Below, piece after piece: positions 50,007 to 58,675 of a DNA stretch of 64,000 bases. Below the pieces are notes generated by a model. The model was not told where the DNA came from, did no database searches, and saw only the letters and a program-made list of their open reading frames with translations. Position numbers and translations under genes: made by a program. The stretch is taken from assembly GCA_964442455.1 (NCBI GenBank), contig CAYTZB010000001.1, positions 85,910 to 149,909 of the forward strand. The letters run 5' to 3'. The stretch is from an uncultured Gammaproteobacteria bacterium (lineage in GTDB: Bacteria > Patescibacteriota > Microgenomatia > UBA8517 > JACQJR01). The first letter of the stretch is position 1, and every line of letters begins with the position of its first letter.

Positions 50007-51056
50007 CTAAAATATAAAATATCCGCCTGGAAGACCGTTATGGCCGCCGGTCAAATAAACTTTATTGCCCCATGCAACCAGAGGAGAACAACAATTTACT
50101 CTTGGTAAATTATTTGGGCTTGTTGACCATTCACTAATACTTCCGTCTGGATTAATATGTGCAGAGAAAACAAGGTTTAAATAACTACTACCGTAGATTC
50201 CACCGGCGGAAATCAAAGTATTTCCTGCTCGTGTTATGCTTGCTCGGAGTACGGGATATGGTAAGGGAGGTAACTCTGTCCAACTTCCAAGGGTTCCATC
50301 AGGATTAATTTCTGCACTTCGAACATTTGCGAAAGATCCCGAACTTAGACCTCGACCACCAATTATGACAATATGGTTATTAATTTCAACCATTCCAAAA
50401 CCTATCATTGAGTCAGGTAGCAATCCTGCTTCAGTCCAGTCTCCAATAGTCCCATCGAGATTGATGTCTGCTTTATATACCTTTTGTTTTGCGCCAGACA
50501 CTTCTTGTCCTGAAGTGCTTCCTCCAGCAAAGTAGAGTCTGTTACCTATCACCACTGCTGCTCCTAATGCCAAACTTTGTGGGAGAGGATGAGTTAATGT
50601 CTGCCAGGATCCGATATTTCCACTTTCCTCAATTATTCCCATAAATACATTGCTAGTATTTACGAGTGGAGGGTAGGTTACTCCACCCAAAATGTAAACA
50701 AAGTTATCTTTTAAAGCAGTTGCATGCCAAAATACAGGAGGAGATGGTACAGAGGATGATATCCACTCCGATAATAAACCATCAGGTTGCACTGTGGAGA
50801 ATATAGAGAGTGGAACAACAGTTGTATTTGCACCTCCTATCACATAAATTTTTCCGTTGTGAGCAAAGGAAGTATGGCTTGCAATTGAGGATGGTAAACT
50901 TGTAGTACTAGACCAACTACCTACTATATCGGAAGCAAGCAGTTTGAGTGGTATTAAAAAGAGCCCTACAAAGAGGGCTGAAGCAATTAAGCCAAAAGAA
51001 CTTAAAATTCTATTCACTACTTTTAAATATAATTTAAAGTGACTTTTAGTTGTCAA
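50007..51056 (-). CDS. Kelch-repeat beta-propeller protein, membrane-anchored/secreted
   Basis: Six blades marked by GKIYVIGG, NFVYILGG, NRLYFAGG, NHIVIIGG, NTLISAGG and NKVYLTGG, each followed by a W. N-terminal TM/signal helix present. Confidence 0.75.
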   Translation of the reverse strand: MTTKSHFKLYLKVVNRILSSFGLIASALFVGLFLIPLKLLASDIVGSWSSTTSLPSSIASHTSFAHNGKIYVIGGANTTVVPLSIFSTVQPDGLLSEWISSSVPSPPVFWHATALKDNFVYILGGVTYPPLVNTSNVFMGIIEESGNIGSWQTLTHPLPQSLALGAAVVIGNRLYFAGGSTSGQEVSGAKQKVYKADINLDGTIGDWTEAGLLPDSMIGFGMVEINNHIVIIGGRGLSSGSFANVRSAEINPDGTLGSWTELPPLPYPVLRASITRAGNTLISAGGIYGSSYLNLVFSAHINPDGSISEWSTSPNNLPRVNCCSPLVAWGNKVYLTGGHNGLPGGYFIF

Positions 51057-51069
51057 GTACCAATTTTAA

Positions 51070-51846
51070 ATGAGAAAGCAAAATGATCCATTCAAAGTTG
51101 AGAAAATAAGAGCAGAATTAGCCGCGCAACTTCGATTTTCTGAGTTATTTAAGACTTATTCTGAATCTTATCCTGAAATAAAGGATTTCAATACATCGAA
51201 ACTCTGGGATAAGCTTAATTTTCAAAAGTTAATCTCAAGAGAAAACAATCCTATGATGAGGGATAGAGTGGATACTGTGGCCAGTTTAATTAAAGGAAAT
51301 AACATAAAAGTACTAAATATTGGATTTGGATCTGCAATTTTAGAACAAATCATTTTTGAGAACTTGGGTAATTTTAAATGGTATGGCATTGACATCTCAC
51401 CACGATCTGTTAGAGACGCTTGCAAGAAGTATTCACAAGGAATATTTAAGATTGGTATTATTACCAACATTAAACACAAACCGAGTTATTTTGACTATGT
51501 TGTCATATTAGAAGTGCTAGAACATATTAGACCAAGCCAGACCTTCAAGGCCTTAAAAGAGATATATCGCGTTCTTAAGAGAGGTGGAAAAGCTATAGTT
51601 TCTGTTCCTTTAAATGAGAAACTTAAAGAAATGGTGGCAAAAGGAGAGAATCCGAATGCTCACGTTCGGACATATACCCATAATCTTATAAAAGCTGAGT
51701 TAAGAATTGCGGGATTTAAAATCTTAAAAGAAAAAACCCTTTTTGCTTTTAATAAAAATTACAAAATTAAAACAATTATTGCTAAATATATATTCCATGG
51801 AATAAGAGAACCAAATAACATTATTGTGCTTGCTCAAAAACCATGA
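51070..51846 (+). CDS. Class I SAM-dependent methyltransferase
   Basis: Motif I VLNIGFGSA, VILEVLEHI, and LKRGGKAIVSVP. Confidence 0.7.
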   Translation: MRKQNDPFKVEKIRAELAAQLRFSELFKTYSESYPEIKDFNTSKLWDKLNFQKLISRENNPMMRDRVDTVASLIKGNNIKVLNIGFGSAILEQIIFENLGNFKWYGIDISPRSVRDACKKYSQGIFKIGIITNIKHKPSYFDYVVILEVLEHIRPSQTFKALKEIYRVLKRGGKAIVSVPLNEKLKEMVAKGENPNAHVRTYTHNLIKAELRIAGFKILKEKTLFAFNKNYKIKTIIAKYIFHGIREPNNIIVLAQKP

Positions 51847-52850
51847 ATATTCTTTTCTTAACTCGTTTATATTATCCTCATATTGGGGGAGTGGAGAAGC
51901 ATGTTGGGGAAGTGGGAAAAAGATTAATTAAGAAAGGGTATAAAGTTACCATAGTTACTGAGTTGCTAGGTGAAACAAAGAGAGAAGAAATAAGAGATGG
52001 AATAAAAATAATAAGATTTGCTTATCCGAAAGTAAAGTTTTTGGGACTGATTTTTATCTGGCTACAGCTTTTAAGAAGATTTCAATTAATTAAAACGTCT
52101 GATATTTTACATGTACATGATGTATTTGTGTGGTATTTACCTTTTAAATTTTTATTTCCTCAAAAATCAGTGTATGTGACGTTTCATGGATGGGAGGGAA
52201 AGTACCCGGTACCTTGGAGTAATAAATTTTTGCGAAAAGTTGCAGAAAAGCTCTCTTGGGGGAATATCTGTGTTGGTGATTACCTTAAGAAATGGTATGG
52301 AACAAATCCTACCTTTGTTACTTATGGCGGAATTAATATAATTCAAAATTTAAAAGTCCTAGCAAAATTCAAAATTGTTTTTATTGGGAGGTTAACTGGG
52401 GAATCTGGGCTAGTTACGTATTTAAAAACCCTAAAACTTTTAAAATTCCCTCATGACCAAATTGTTTTTTTAGGGGACGGGCCACTTAGAGATGAGGCTA
52501 ATAAATTCGGGCAAGTTTGTGGGTTTATTGAAAATATAAATCCATACCTATCAAATTCTCGATTTGTGATAGCCTTAGGCTTTCTTTCCATTCTTGAAGG
52601 AATGGCGGCCAGAAAACTTATTTTCTCAGTTTATAATAATCCACTTAGGCAGGATTATTTAAAAATGGCACCATTTGCGAGGTGGATTGTCGCTGAAAGT
52701 TCGCCGAAAAAATTAGCCGAGAAAGTAGAGTATTATTTAAAACACCCTGAAGAAGAAAAAAAACTAGTGGAAGAGGGGTATAACTGGATACAACAACAAA
52801 CATGGGATAAAGTTGTGGAAATATATCTAAGACTTTGGAGGTTTCAATAA
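51843..52850 (+). CDS. Glycosyltransferase family 4-like (GT-B)
   Basis: MNILFLTRLYYPHIGGVEKHV N-terminal GT4 signature. The C-terminal half is short/atypical. Confidence 0.65.
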   Translation: MNILFLTRLYYPHIGGVEKHVGEVGKRLIKKGYKVTIVTELLGETKREEIRDGIKIIRFAYPKVKFLGLIFIWLQLLRRFQLIKTSDILHVHDVFVWYLPFKFLFPQKSVYVTFHGWEGKYPVPWSNKFLRKVAEKLSWGNICVGDYLKKWYGTNPTFVTYGGINIIQNLKVLAKFKIVFIGRLTGESGLVTYLKTLKLLKFPHDQIVFLGDGPLRDEANKFGQVCGFIENINPYLSNSRFVIALGFLSILEGMAARKLIFSVYNNPLRQDYLKMAPFARWIVAESSPKKLAEKVEYYLKHPEEEKKLVEEGYNWIQQQTWDKVVEIYLRLWRFQ

Positions 52851-52855
52851 TCATA

Positions 52856-52871
52856 TATTCATATATGAATA
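52856..52871. promoter_or_regulatory. Second copy of the 16-bp perfect palindrome TATTCATATATGAATA
   Basis: Identical to 15363-15378. It lies in the GT4-GT2 spacer, 13 nt before ATG 52884. Confidence 0.4.
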
Positions 52872-52883
52872 GCAGATTGTGAT

Positions 52884-53795
52884 ATGAAGACTTCGATTGT
52901 AATTACAGTATTAAATGAAGAAAAGACGATTAGAAAACTTATTACATCACTTTTTAATCAAACGAAAAGTCCGGATGAGGTAATTATTGTGGATGGAGGA
53001 TCAACCGATGCTACTACATCGATAGTTTCCAATGAAAATTTAAAACTTAGATTGCTGGTTAAACTTGGGAATAGGGCTATTGGTAGAAATTATGGGATTG
53101 AACAGGCAAAAAATGAGATTATTGTGATAACGGATGCTGGTGGATATCCTAAAAATGATTGGTTGGAAAAGATTGTCTCTCCGTTTAAAAATCCTCGTGT
53201 TAAAGTAGTAAGCGGATATTATGTTTCTCTTGCAAAGACTTCTTTCGAAAAGTGCGTAGCCCCCTATTTTTTGGTTATGCCGGACGCGCTCCCCAAAGAT
53301 GGGGAATTTCTACCTTCTTCCCGCTCCGTTGCATTTCGGAAAAGTGTATGGAAGAAAGCGGGTGGATATCCTGAGAAATTTTCTCATAATGAGGATTTAG
53401 TATTCGATTATAATTTGAAAAAAATGGGAATTTCATTTTTCTTTAATCAAAAAGCAGTGGTGTATTGGTATCCACCCCAGAATCTTTTTTTTGCTGCCAA
53501 GAAATTTTTTAGATTTGCTTATGGCGATGCACAAGCGGGAATAAAACGTCCTAGGGTGCCTTTTATTTTTATGCGGTATGGAGTAGCATTACTGCTTTTG
53601 GCAGCAGGCGCATATCCTCTTCTTTTTTTACTCATTTTTCTTTATGGATTTTGGGTAATAGGGAAACACTTTAAATATGTGAAGCAACCCAGTGCACTTT
53701 TTTGGTTGCCGATTATTCAAGTTACAGCTGATTTTGCTATTATGAGTGGAACTCTTATTGGTAAGATGCGAAAAGTGAGGGTACAAGATAAATGA
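52884..53795 (+). CDS. Glycosyltransferase family 2 with C-terminal TM helices
   Basis: SIVITVLNEEKTI, VIIVDGGSTDAT, and ITDAG (DxD-like). Confidence 0.8.
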   Translation: MKTSIVITVLNEEKTIRKLITSLFNQTKSPDEVIIVDGGSTDATTSIVSNENLKLRLLVKLGNRAIGRNYGIEQAKNEIIVITDAGGYPKNDWLEKIVSPFKNPRVKVVSGYYVSLAKTSFEKCVAPYFLVMPDALPKDGEFLPSSRSVAFRKSVWKKAGGYPEKFSHNEDLVFDYNLKKMGISFFFNQKAVVYWYPPQNLFFAAKKFFRFAYGDAQAGIKRPRVPFIFMRYGVALLLLAAGAYPLLFLLIFLYGFWVIGKHFKYVKQPSALFWLPIIQVTADFAIMSGTLIGKMRKVRVQDK

Positions 53796-54535
53796 AAATT
53801 TCTGTTATAGTTTTGGCCAAAAATGAAGAAAAAAATATTAAGGAGTGTTTAGAAAGCCTTAAATTCTGTGAAGAGATGATTGTTATTGATGACAATTCAG
53901 ATGATAAAACGCGAGAGATTGCAAAAGAGATGGGGGCAAAAGTGTTTATACGCGCACTTGAAGGGAATTTTGCAGCACAAAGAAACTTTGGATTGGAACA
54001 GGTGAGGGGAGAGTGGGTCTTGTTTGTGGATGCGGATGAGATTATTTCACCCACGTTGCGGGATGAAATAAAATCCGAAGTCCGAAGCACGAAATTCGAA
54101 ATTAATGGATATCTCTTTAAAAGAGAAGACATGTTATGGGGAAGAAAATTGAGGTACGGAGAGGTGGGAAACATTCAATTGCTTAGATTGGCACGAAAGG
54201 GCAGTGGTATATGGAAACGGCGGGTGCATGAGTATTGGGATGTGAGAGGAAAAGTTGGTGAGTTAAAAAATCCTTTGCTTCATTTTCCCCATCAAACATT
54301 AAATGAGTTTGTCAAAGATATTGAATTTTATTCTACTCTTCATGCGCAACAAAAAAAGGATGATAATGAGCGCTCAAGTATAGTTAAAATCGTGCTATGG
54401 CCATTGGCTAAATTCACAAAAGATTGGATACTTAAAGGCGGATTCTTGGATGGGGTACCAGGCTTAATACATGCATTACTGATGAGCCTTCATTCGTTTC
54501 TTGCGTGGAGTAAATTATGGTTACTCAAGCATTGA
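53792..54535 (+). CDS. Glycosyltransferase family 2
   Basis: ISVIVLAKNEEKNI, IVIDDNSDDKT, and FVDADE (DxD). Confidence 0.8.
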   Translation: MKISVIVLAKNEEKNIKECLESLKFCEEMIVIDDNSDDKTREIAKEMGAKVFIRALEGNFAAQRNFGLEQVRGEWVLFVDADEIISPTLRDEIKSEVRSTKFEINGYLFKREDMLWGRKLRYGEVGNIQLLRLARKGSGIWKRRVHEYWDVRGKVGELKNPLLHFPHQTLNEFVKDIEFYSTLHAQQKKDDNERSSIVKIVLWPLAKFTKDWILKGGFLDGVPGLIHALLMSLHSFLAWSKLWLLKH

Positions 54536-55812
54536 GAAAAATTCTTTGGTTTTTAGTTTTTTTATACCTTGTTTCATTTCCCTTTGGGCAATTAACAAAA
54601 CTACCGTTATCTCTTCCCTTTCCAGAAATACGAATTTACGCAACAGACGTACTTGTCGGAGTCGTGGGATGTTTGTGGGCAGTAGGGTGGGTGGTGATAA
54701 GGAAGAAACGAAATACACCGCCATTTACTAAAGAGTTATTGGTATTTCTAGCAGTTGCTCTTTTTTCACTCATCCTGAATAGTCCCCTCTTTGAGGGTAG
54801 GGAAGTACTGGTGTCCTCCTTATATCTTATTCGTGTTATTACGTATGTGCTTTTCTATTTTGCGGTAGGGAGCGTTCTAGAAACAGCACAAGAAAAAAAA
54901 TTATTGCTTTCGTCTCTCATTGCAGTTGGGTCCATGCTCGCGGTGTTTGGGTGGGTTCAATATTTTCTGTTTCCGGACATTCGCCCATTCATTGAGTTTG
55001 GCTGGGATGAACATTTGAGCAGGATTGTCGGTACATTTCTCGACCCTAATTTTAGCGCCCTTATTCTTGTTTTGACATTGGTACCACTAACGTTTTCCGC
55101 CTTCGCCAAAGGCTACGGTGGATCCTCCATAGCCTTCAGCGACGGAGGACAATTAATTAAAAAGAAAAGTTTATCGATTTCTCTTTTATGGATTTTTGTA
55201 TTCGTAACGCTTTTATTTACCTATTCCCGCAGCGGCTATCTTACATTTTTAGTTTCAATGGCGGCTATATCATTTTTAATGAAGAAACCGCAACTTTTAC
55301 TCATTTCAGTACTTCTTTTAGTAGTTGGTATCGCGTTGTTGCCGCGGCCCGGTGGTGAAGGCGTACAGCTTGCCCGCACTGCGAGTAACATCGCTCGATT
55401 AGAGAATTGGAGTGAGGCACTTTCGTTTACATCCGACTCTCCCCTTTTTGGAGTAGGATTTAACAATTTACGGTATGTGAGAGAGCGCAAAGGATTACTC
55501 GAAGAACCATATGGGCCCTCTCACGCGGCGGCTGGAATTGATAATAGTTTTTTGTTTGTGCTGGCAACTACAGGAATTGCTGGATTATTAGTGTTTGCAG
55601 CACTGGTTACACAGCTTTTCAAAGCGGCATGGCAGGTCTACCTGCCCCGCCTGCGCGAGCAGGGCAGGCAGGCACGCACGGACGAAGGAAATGCGCTTTT
55701 CGTATCTTTAGTAGCGGTTGTTGCCCATTCTCTATTTTTAAATAGTATGTTTTATCCGTGGGTTATGGGATGGATGGCCGTTCTTTTGGCTCTAACTACA
55801 AGGAGAAAGTAA
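54517..55812 (+). CDS. O-antigen ligase/polymerase-like (Wzy_C) polytopic membrane protein
   Basis: At least 10 TM helices. YSRSGYL motif and a large periplasmic-type loop. Confidence 0.65.
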   Translation: MVTQALRKILWFLVFLYLVSFPFGQLTKLPLSLPFPEIRIYATDVLVGVVGCLWAVGWVVIRKKRNTPPFTKELLVFLAVALFSLILNSPLFEGREVLVSSLYLIRVITYVLFYFAVGSVLETAQEKKLLLSSLIAVGSMLAVFGWVQYFLFPDIRPFIEFGWDEHLSRIVGTFLDPNFSALILVLTLVPLTFSAFAKGYGGSSIAFSDGGQLIKKKSLSISLLWIFVFVTLLFTYSRSGYLTFLVSMAAISFLMKKPQLLLISVLLLVVGIALLPRPGGEGVQLARTASNIARLENWSEALSFTSDSPLFGVGFNNLRYVRERKGLLEEPYGPSHAAAGIDNSFLFVLATTGIAGLLVFAALVTQLFKAAWQVYLPRLREQGRQARTDEGNALFVSLVAVVAHSLFLNSMFYPWVMGWMAVLLALTTRRK

Positions 55813-56509
55813 GAATAAGCTCTTTTTCCGTACTATTTCCCGCCTCATCCATAGCTTTAATAATAAATTTGTTTTCTCCGGGAGAAAGTTTTATTTGGGT
55901 TGAAAAATTGTTTTCCGCATCTTGGGTAACGAGACGGTCATTGACCGATATTTGTGCTTCTTCATTCACCCAACCACGGATAGTAACGGTTTCTTGGCTC
56001 TTGCCTGAAAAATTTGTTGTTTGGGGCTCGGTAATAGCAATCTCAGGTGGCGTGGTATCTAGAGTTACGCTGAGAGGTTCTGAATTTTGACTTTCATTTC
56101 CTGCCTCGTCTTTTGCGCGTGCAACAAAAGTATTTTCCCCCTCAAGAAGGGTTATTCCCTTTTGAAAGAGTGCGCTCTCGTCAGCGGTGACTTTTCCTAG
56201 TTCGCCCCCATTTCGGAAAAGTGTAACTTCCGAGTTTGCCTCGCTTGTACCGGAGATAATGAGGGTTGCGCTATTCGTGGCAAGTTCCAACGTTGAGAAG
56301 CGAGGTATGGGTGGAGGTGTGGTGTCGTTCTTGTTTGCTTGAGAGGTGCTATTGCGCAGATCAGAAATAAATGCGCCTAAGCGGGCAACGGTAGGGATAC
56401 CAAAAAAAATAAGGAGAACGAAGAGAGCGATGGTAAGAAATGTGTAGAGCGCTGCTCGCCTACGATGTTTTCGCTCTTCAACGGTAAGTAGTCGTGAGTA
56501 TCTTCGCAT
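55796..56509 (-). CDS. Membrane-anchored protein with tandem bacterial Ig-like domains
   Basis: N-terminal TM helix present. Two Ig-like units end in NTFVARAKDEAGNESQNSEP...TTPPEI and NKFIIKAMDEAGNSTEKELI. Confidence 0.55.
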   Translation of the reverse strand: MRRYSRLLTVEERKHRRRAALYTFLTIALFVLLIFFGIPTVARLGAFISDLRNSTSQANKNDTTPPPIPRFSTLELATNSATLIISGTSEANSEVTLFRNGGELGKVTADESALFQKGITLLEGENTFVARAKDEAGNESQNSEPLSVTLDTTPPEIAITEPQTTNFSGKSQETVTIRGWVNEEAQISVNDRLVTQDAENNFSTQIKLSPGENKFIIKAMDEAGNSTEKELILTFSL

Positions 56510-56525
56510 TTTTAAAAGCCAAATG

Positions 56526-56597
56526 AGCCGGAGGTGGGATTTGAACCCACGACTTGCTCTTTACGAAAGAGCTACTCTACCGCTGAGTTACTCCGGC
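56526..56597 (-). tRNA. tRNA-Thr (anticodon CGT)
   Basis: Manual cloverleaf: GCCGGAG/CTCCGGC acceptor, ACTC-AGCGGTA-GAGT, GCTCT-TTCGTAA-AGAGC, GTGGG-TTCAAAT-CCCAC. CCA is not encoded. Confidence 0.9.
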
Positions 56598-56649
56598 ATT
56601 ACTATCTCATTATACCAAAATAATGTGGTACAATAAATTTTTAAACGGC

Positions 56650-57189
56650 ATGTTGCACGAAAGACGACAAGAGATTGAAGACACTGGCAAAAAGCCGGAT
56701 ATTTTTTTAATGGAGCCTGATGAGTACTTAGAACTCATGGGAGATGGCTTATTGAATGGTCACCATGCGTTTGATTTGCTCGATTTAACAAAGTTTAGCG
56801 AGTATTCTCATTTGCGTGTACCTGATTACGTATTAGTTCATAATGCACCAAAAATTCATATTCCTCCTCTACGACATCACGAATCGTCGTCTTTGTATTT
56901 GATAAACGAGTGGTATGAAGGGAATGATAGAATTTTACTCTCAATTTTACCGCCTTATTCTAAAAGTTCAACACACCATCATCCGCAACCGGTGAGAGAG
57001 TTTTATTGGTGTTTATGGGGAGAATTTAGTGTGAATGGGGTATTACTTAGGCGTGGGGATAGACACTTAATACTTCCCGGAGAAGTACATCAGGCAGCGA
57101 CTGAAGGAGAGTTAGCGATAATACTTATTCGGATGGAAAATGCAAAAGGCGTCCCAGAAAGCCAATTGCATACCCGTTCTATTACTTAA
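56650..57189 (+). CDS. Cupin-domain protein
   Basis: HHHPQPVREFYWCLWGEF...GDRHLILPGEVHQA matches the two-motif cupin metal-site pattern. ATG 56650 is preferred; GTG 56623 lies in a TGTGGTACAAT -10 element. Confidence 0.5.
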   Translation: MLHERRQEIEDTGKKPDIFLMEPDEYLELMGDGLLNGHHAFDLLDLTKFSEYSHLRVPDYVLVHNAPKIHIPPLRHHESSSLYLINEWYEGNDRILLSILPPYSKSSTHHHPQPVREFYWCLWGEFSVNGVLLRRGDRHLILPGEVHQAATEGELAIILIRMENAKGVPESQLHTRSIT

Positions 57190-57739
57190 AAGGAGCTTCA
57201 AGCACCTCTTTTGCCCCCGAGATAGCCGTCTTAAGGGAATTCTTGACAGCTTCAGCGGTTTCTGTGCTTATGCTTTCTGCTGCTTCAACAGCTGCTAATA
57301 CCGCCTTTTTTGTTGTTCCGCCTACATCCCCGCCAACTTCTGTCGTAGCATCAATCGCACCTTGCACGGCCCCTACTGCGACTTGTGCAACGTCTCCGCC
57401 GACATCCGCTGTTTGTTTGATAGTTCCTTTTACCGCATTTCCCGTTGCTTCTACAATATCCCCGCCGACATCAGATACTCCTTGGACAATTGCCTTTACG
57501 CCTGTCCGTGCTGCTGAGACCAAAGACACGCCAGTCGTACTTGCCCCTAAAATTACCCCTTGGGCAACGTCAGTTGCAACCTGAACTGTAGTTGTAGCTA
57601 TGTCTCCGCTAGCGCGCAATGAATTAACTACTGTATCACGAACGAGCTTTGTCGCTTCTGCCGTTATTTCGTTTGTTCCTCTGATGGCTGCAACAATGCC
57701 GTCTTTCACCTCGTTTACAATGTTTGCCAATATTGCCAT
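57182..57739 (-). CDS. Ala/Gly/Val-rich repeat protein (VGGD(I/V) ~22-aa periodic repeats)
   Basis: DVGGDIVEATGNAVKGTIKQTADVGGDVAQVAVGAVQGAIDATTEVGGDVGGTTKKAV. Strong SD (AGGAGGAGGTGAG) and a TTGACA-17-TACAGT promoter are present. Confidence 0.5.
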   Translation of the reverse strand: MAILANIVNEVKDGIVAAIRGTNEITAEATKLVRDTVVNSLRASGDIATTTVQVATDVAQGVILGASTTGVSLVSAARTGVKAIVQGVSDVGGDIVEATGNAVKGTIKQTADVGGDVAQVAVGAVQGAIDATTEVGGDVGGTTKKAVLAAVEAAESISTETAEAVKNSLKTAISGAKEVLEAPFK

Positions 57740-57821
57740 AATTTCTCACCTCCTCCTGTTTAACTGTATGAGGTATAAAGGCACTTGTCAAGAATTGAAA
57801 GAATTTACATTGACACCTATT

Positions 57822-58007
57822 TCAAGTGAAGAAATAAATATAGACTACTAAGGAATCGATTATCAAACCACCAATGCCTATGATAAGCAAGGCTATTGTT
57901 GCCCATTGAGGGATAAAATGACCAGTTTTCAGGGACCACGCTGATAACACAGTAATGAAACCGAAGACACCTACTCCTAGGATATCAAAAACCTCTGGTC
58001 TGAACAT
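57822..58007 (-). CDS. Small two-TM membrane protein (61 aa)
   Basis: Two hydrophobic helices. No family recognised. Confidence 0.35.
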   Translation of the reverse strand: MFRPEVFDILGVGVFGFITVLSAWSLKTGHFIPQWATIALLIIGIGGLIIDSLVVYIYFFT

Positions 58008-58020
58008 AGCAGTGAGTTTA

Positions 58021-58133
58021 TTATAACAGCATTCAAGAAAACTCCCGACTTTCAGTCGGGAGATGAATTGAACGCTGATATGTCATCCTCCTTTAGAGGA
58101 AACCCCGCTTTTCAAAGCGGGGAGGATGTCATA
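58021..58133 (+). mobile_element. MITE-like hairpin element, long form, copy 3 (intergenic)
   Basis: TTATAACAGC...GGATGTCATA, with hairpins CTCCCGAC-TTTCA-GTCGGGAG and CCCCGCTT-TTCA-AAGCGGGG. Confidence 0.75.
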
Positions 58134-58149
58134 GTATAATTCTTTTGAC

Positions 58150-58239
58150 ATGAAATTTGCGGTTGGGAGCGATGAGAAGACTAAGATAACGGACTTTGTG
58201 GTCGATTATCTTAAAACACGTACAAAAACTCTATATTGA
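58150..58239 (+). pseudogene. Possible N-terminal remnant of an RpiB/LacAB-family sugar-phosphate isomerase (29 codons, then stop)
   Basis: MKFAVGSDEKTKITDFVVDYLKTR resembles the RpiB N-terminus (MK.A.GSDh.g..lk..i..yL). It is truncated by TGA at 58237-58239, where the next promoter begins. Confidence 0.35.
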
Positions 58240-58286
58240 CGTTTATTAAAAACTAATTTCATAATAAAAGATAGAAAGGGGGTAAG

Positions 58287-58436
58287 ATGACTGCAACAGG
58301 TGAAAAACATTGGCACGCAAGCTATTACTTTCCTGCATTTATTTTATGGACACGTCATGATGAAGAAGGGAATGTAACTTTGGAGATTCTTGCCGCACTT
58401 GGTATAATTCCAATTGCGGTTAAGTTAAACTTCTAA
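58287..58436 (+). CDS. Small hypothetical protein (49 aa)
   Basis: A TTGACG-17-CATAAT promoter (58236-58264) and strong SD GAAAGGGGG precede ATG 58287. The hydrophobic C-terminus is LEILAALGIIPIAV. Confidence 0.4.
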   Translation: MTATGEKHWHASYYFPAFILWTRHDEEGNVTLEILAALGIIPIAVKLNF

Positions 58437-58675
58437 AGGTATAAAGTACACGTACGGGTCCTATCTAATGGTCAATTCTTTTCTTTCGCGCTCGACCCGC
58501 ACCCGAGCGCGCAACGCGGATTCTTCTTGTGAGCTCTTGAACGTATTTTACAGCTTAAAGCACTGAAAGACCACTTTCTCCAATCTTCTGGAATTAAGTT
58601 CTATCATTCTCTGTTAATTCCTGTTATACTATGGAGTAGACCGCTAACGTCTGACCAAAGGCGGTTTTTTGTTTT

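Noticed and set aside
54061-54110. AAATCCGAAGTCCGAAGCACGAAATTCGAAATT inside the second GT2 gene resembles the left arm of the ftsQ-ftsA palindrome (shared CGAAGCACGAA..TCGAAA). It might be another in-frame repeat insertion.
   Set aside because: Only about 20 nt are similar and there is no partner arm. The encoded residues (IKSEVRSTKFEI) fall where GT2 homologs normally have a variable linker of similar length, so no insertion needs to be invoked. It would need a genome-wide repeat census.
58636-58672. Hairpin ACCGC...GCGGT followed by TTTTTTGTTTT immediately before the typA ATG, considered as a terminator or attenuator.
   Set aside because: It has only a 5-bp stem with a ~15-nt loop. The T-run may simply be the AT-rich translation-initiation region. 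This is insufficient evidence.
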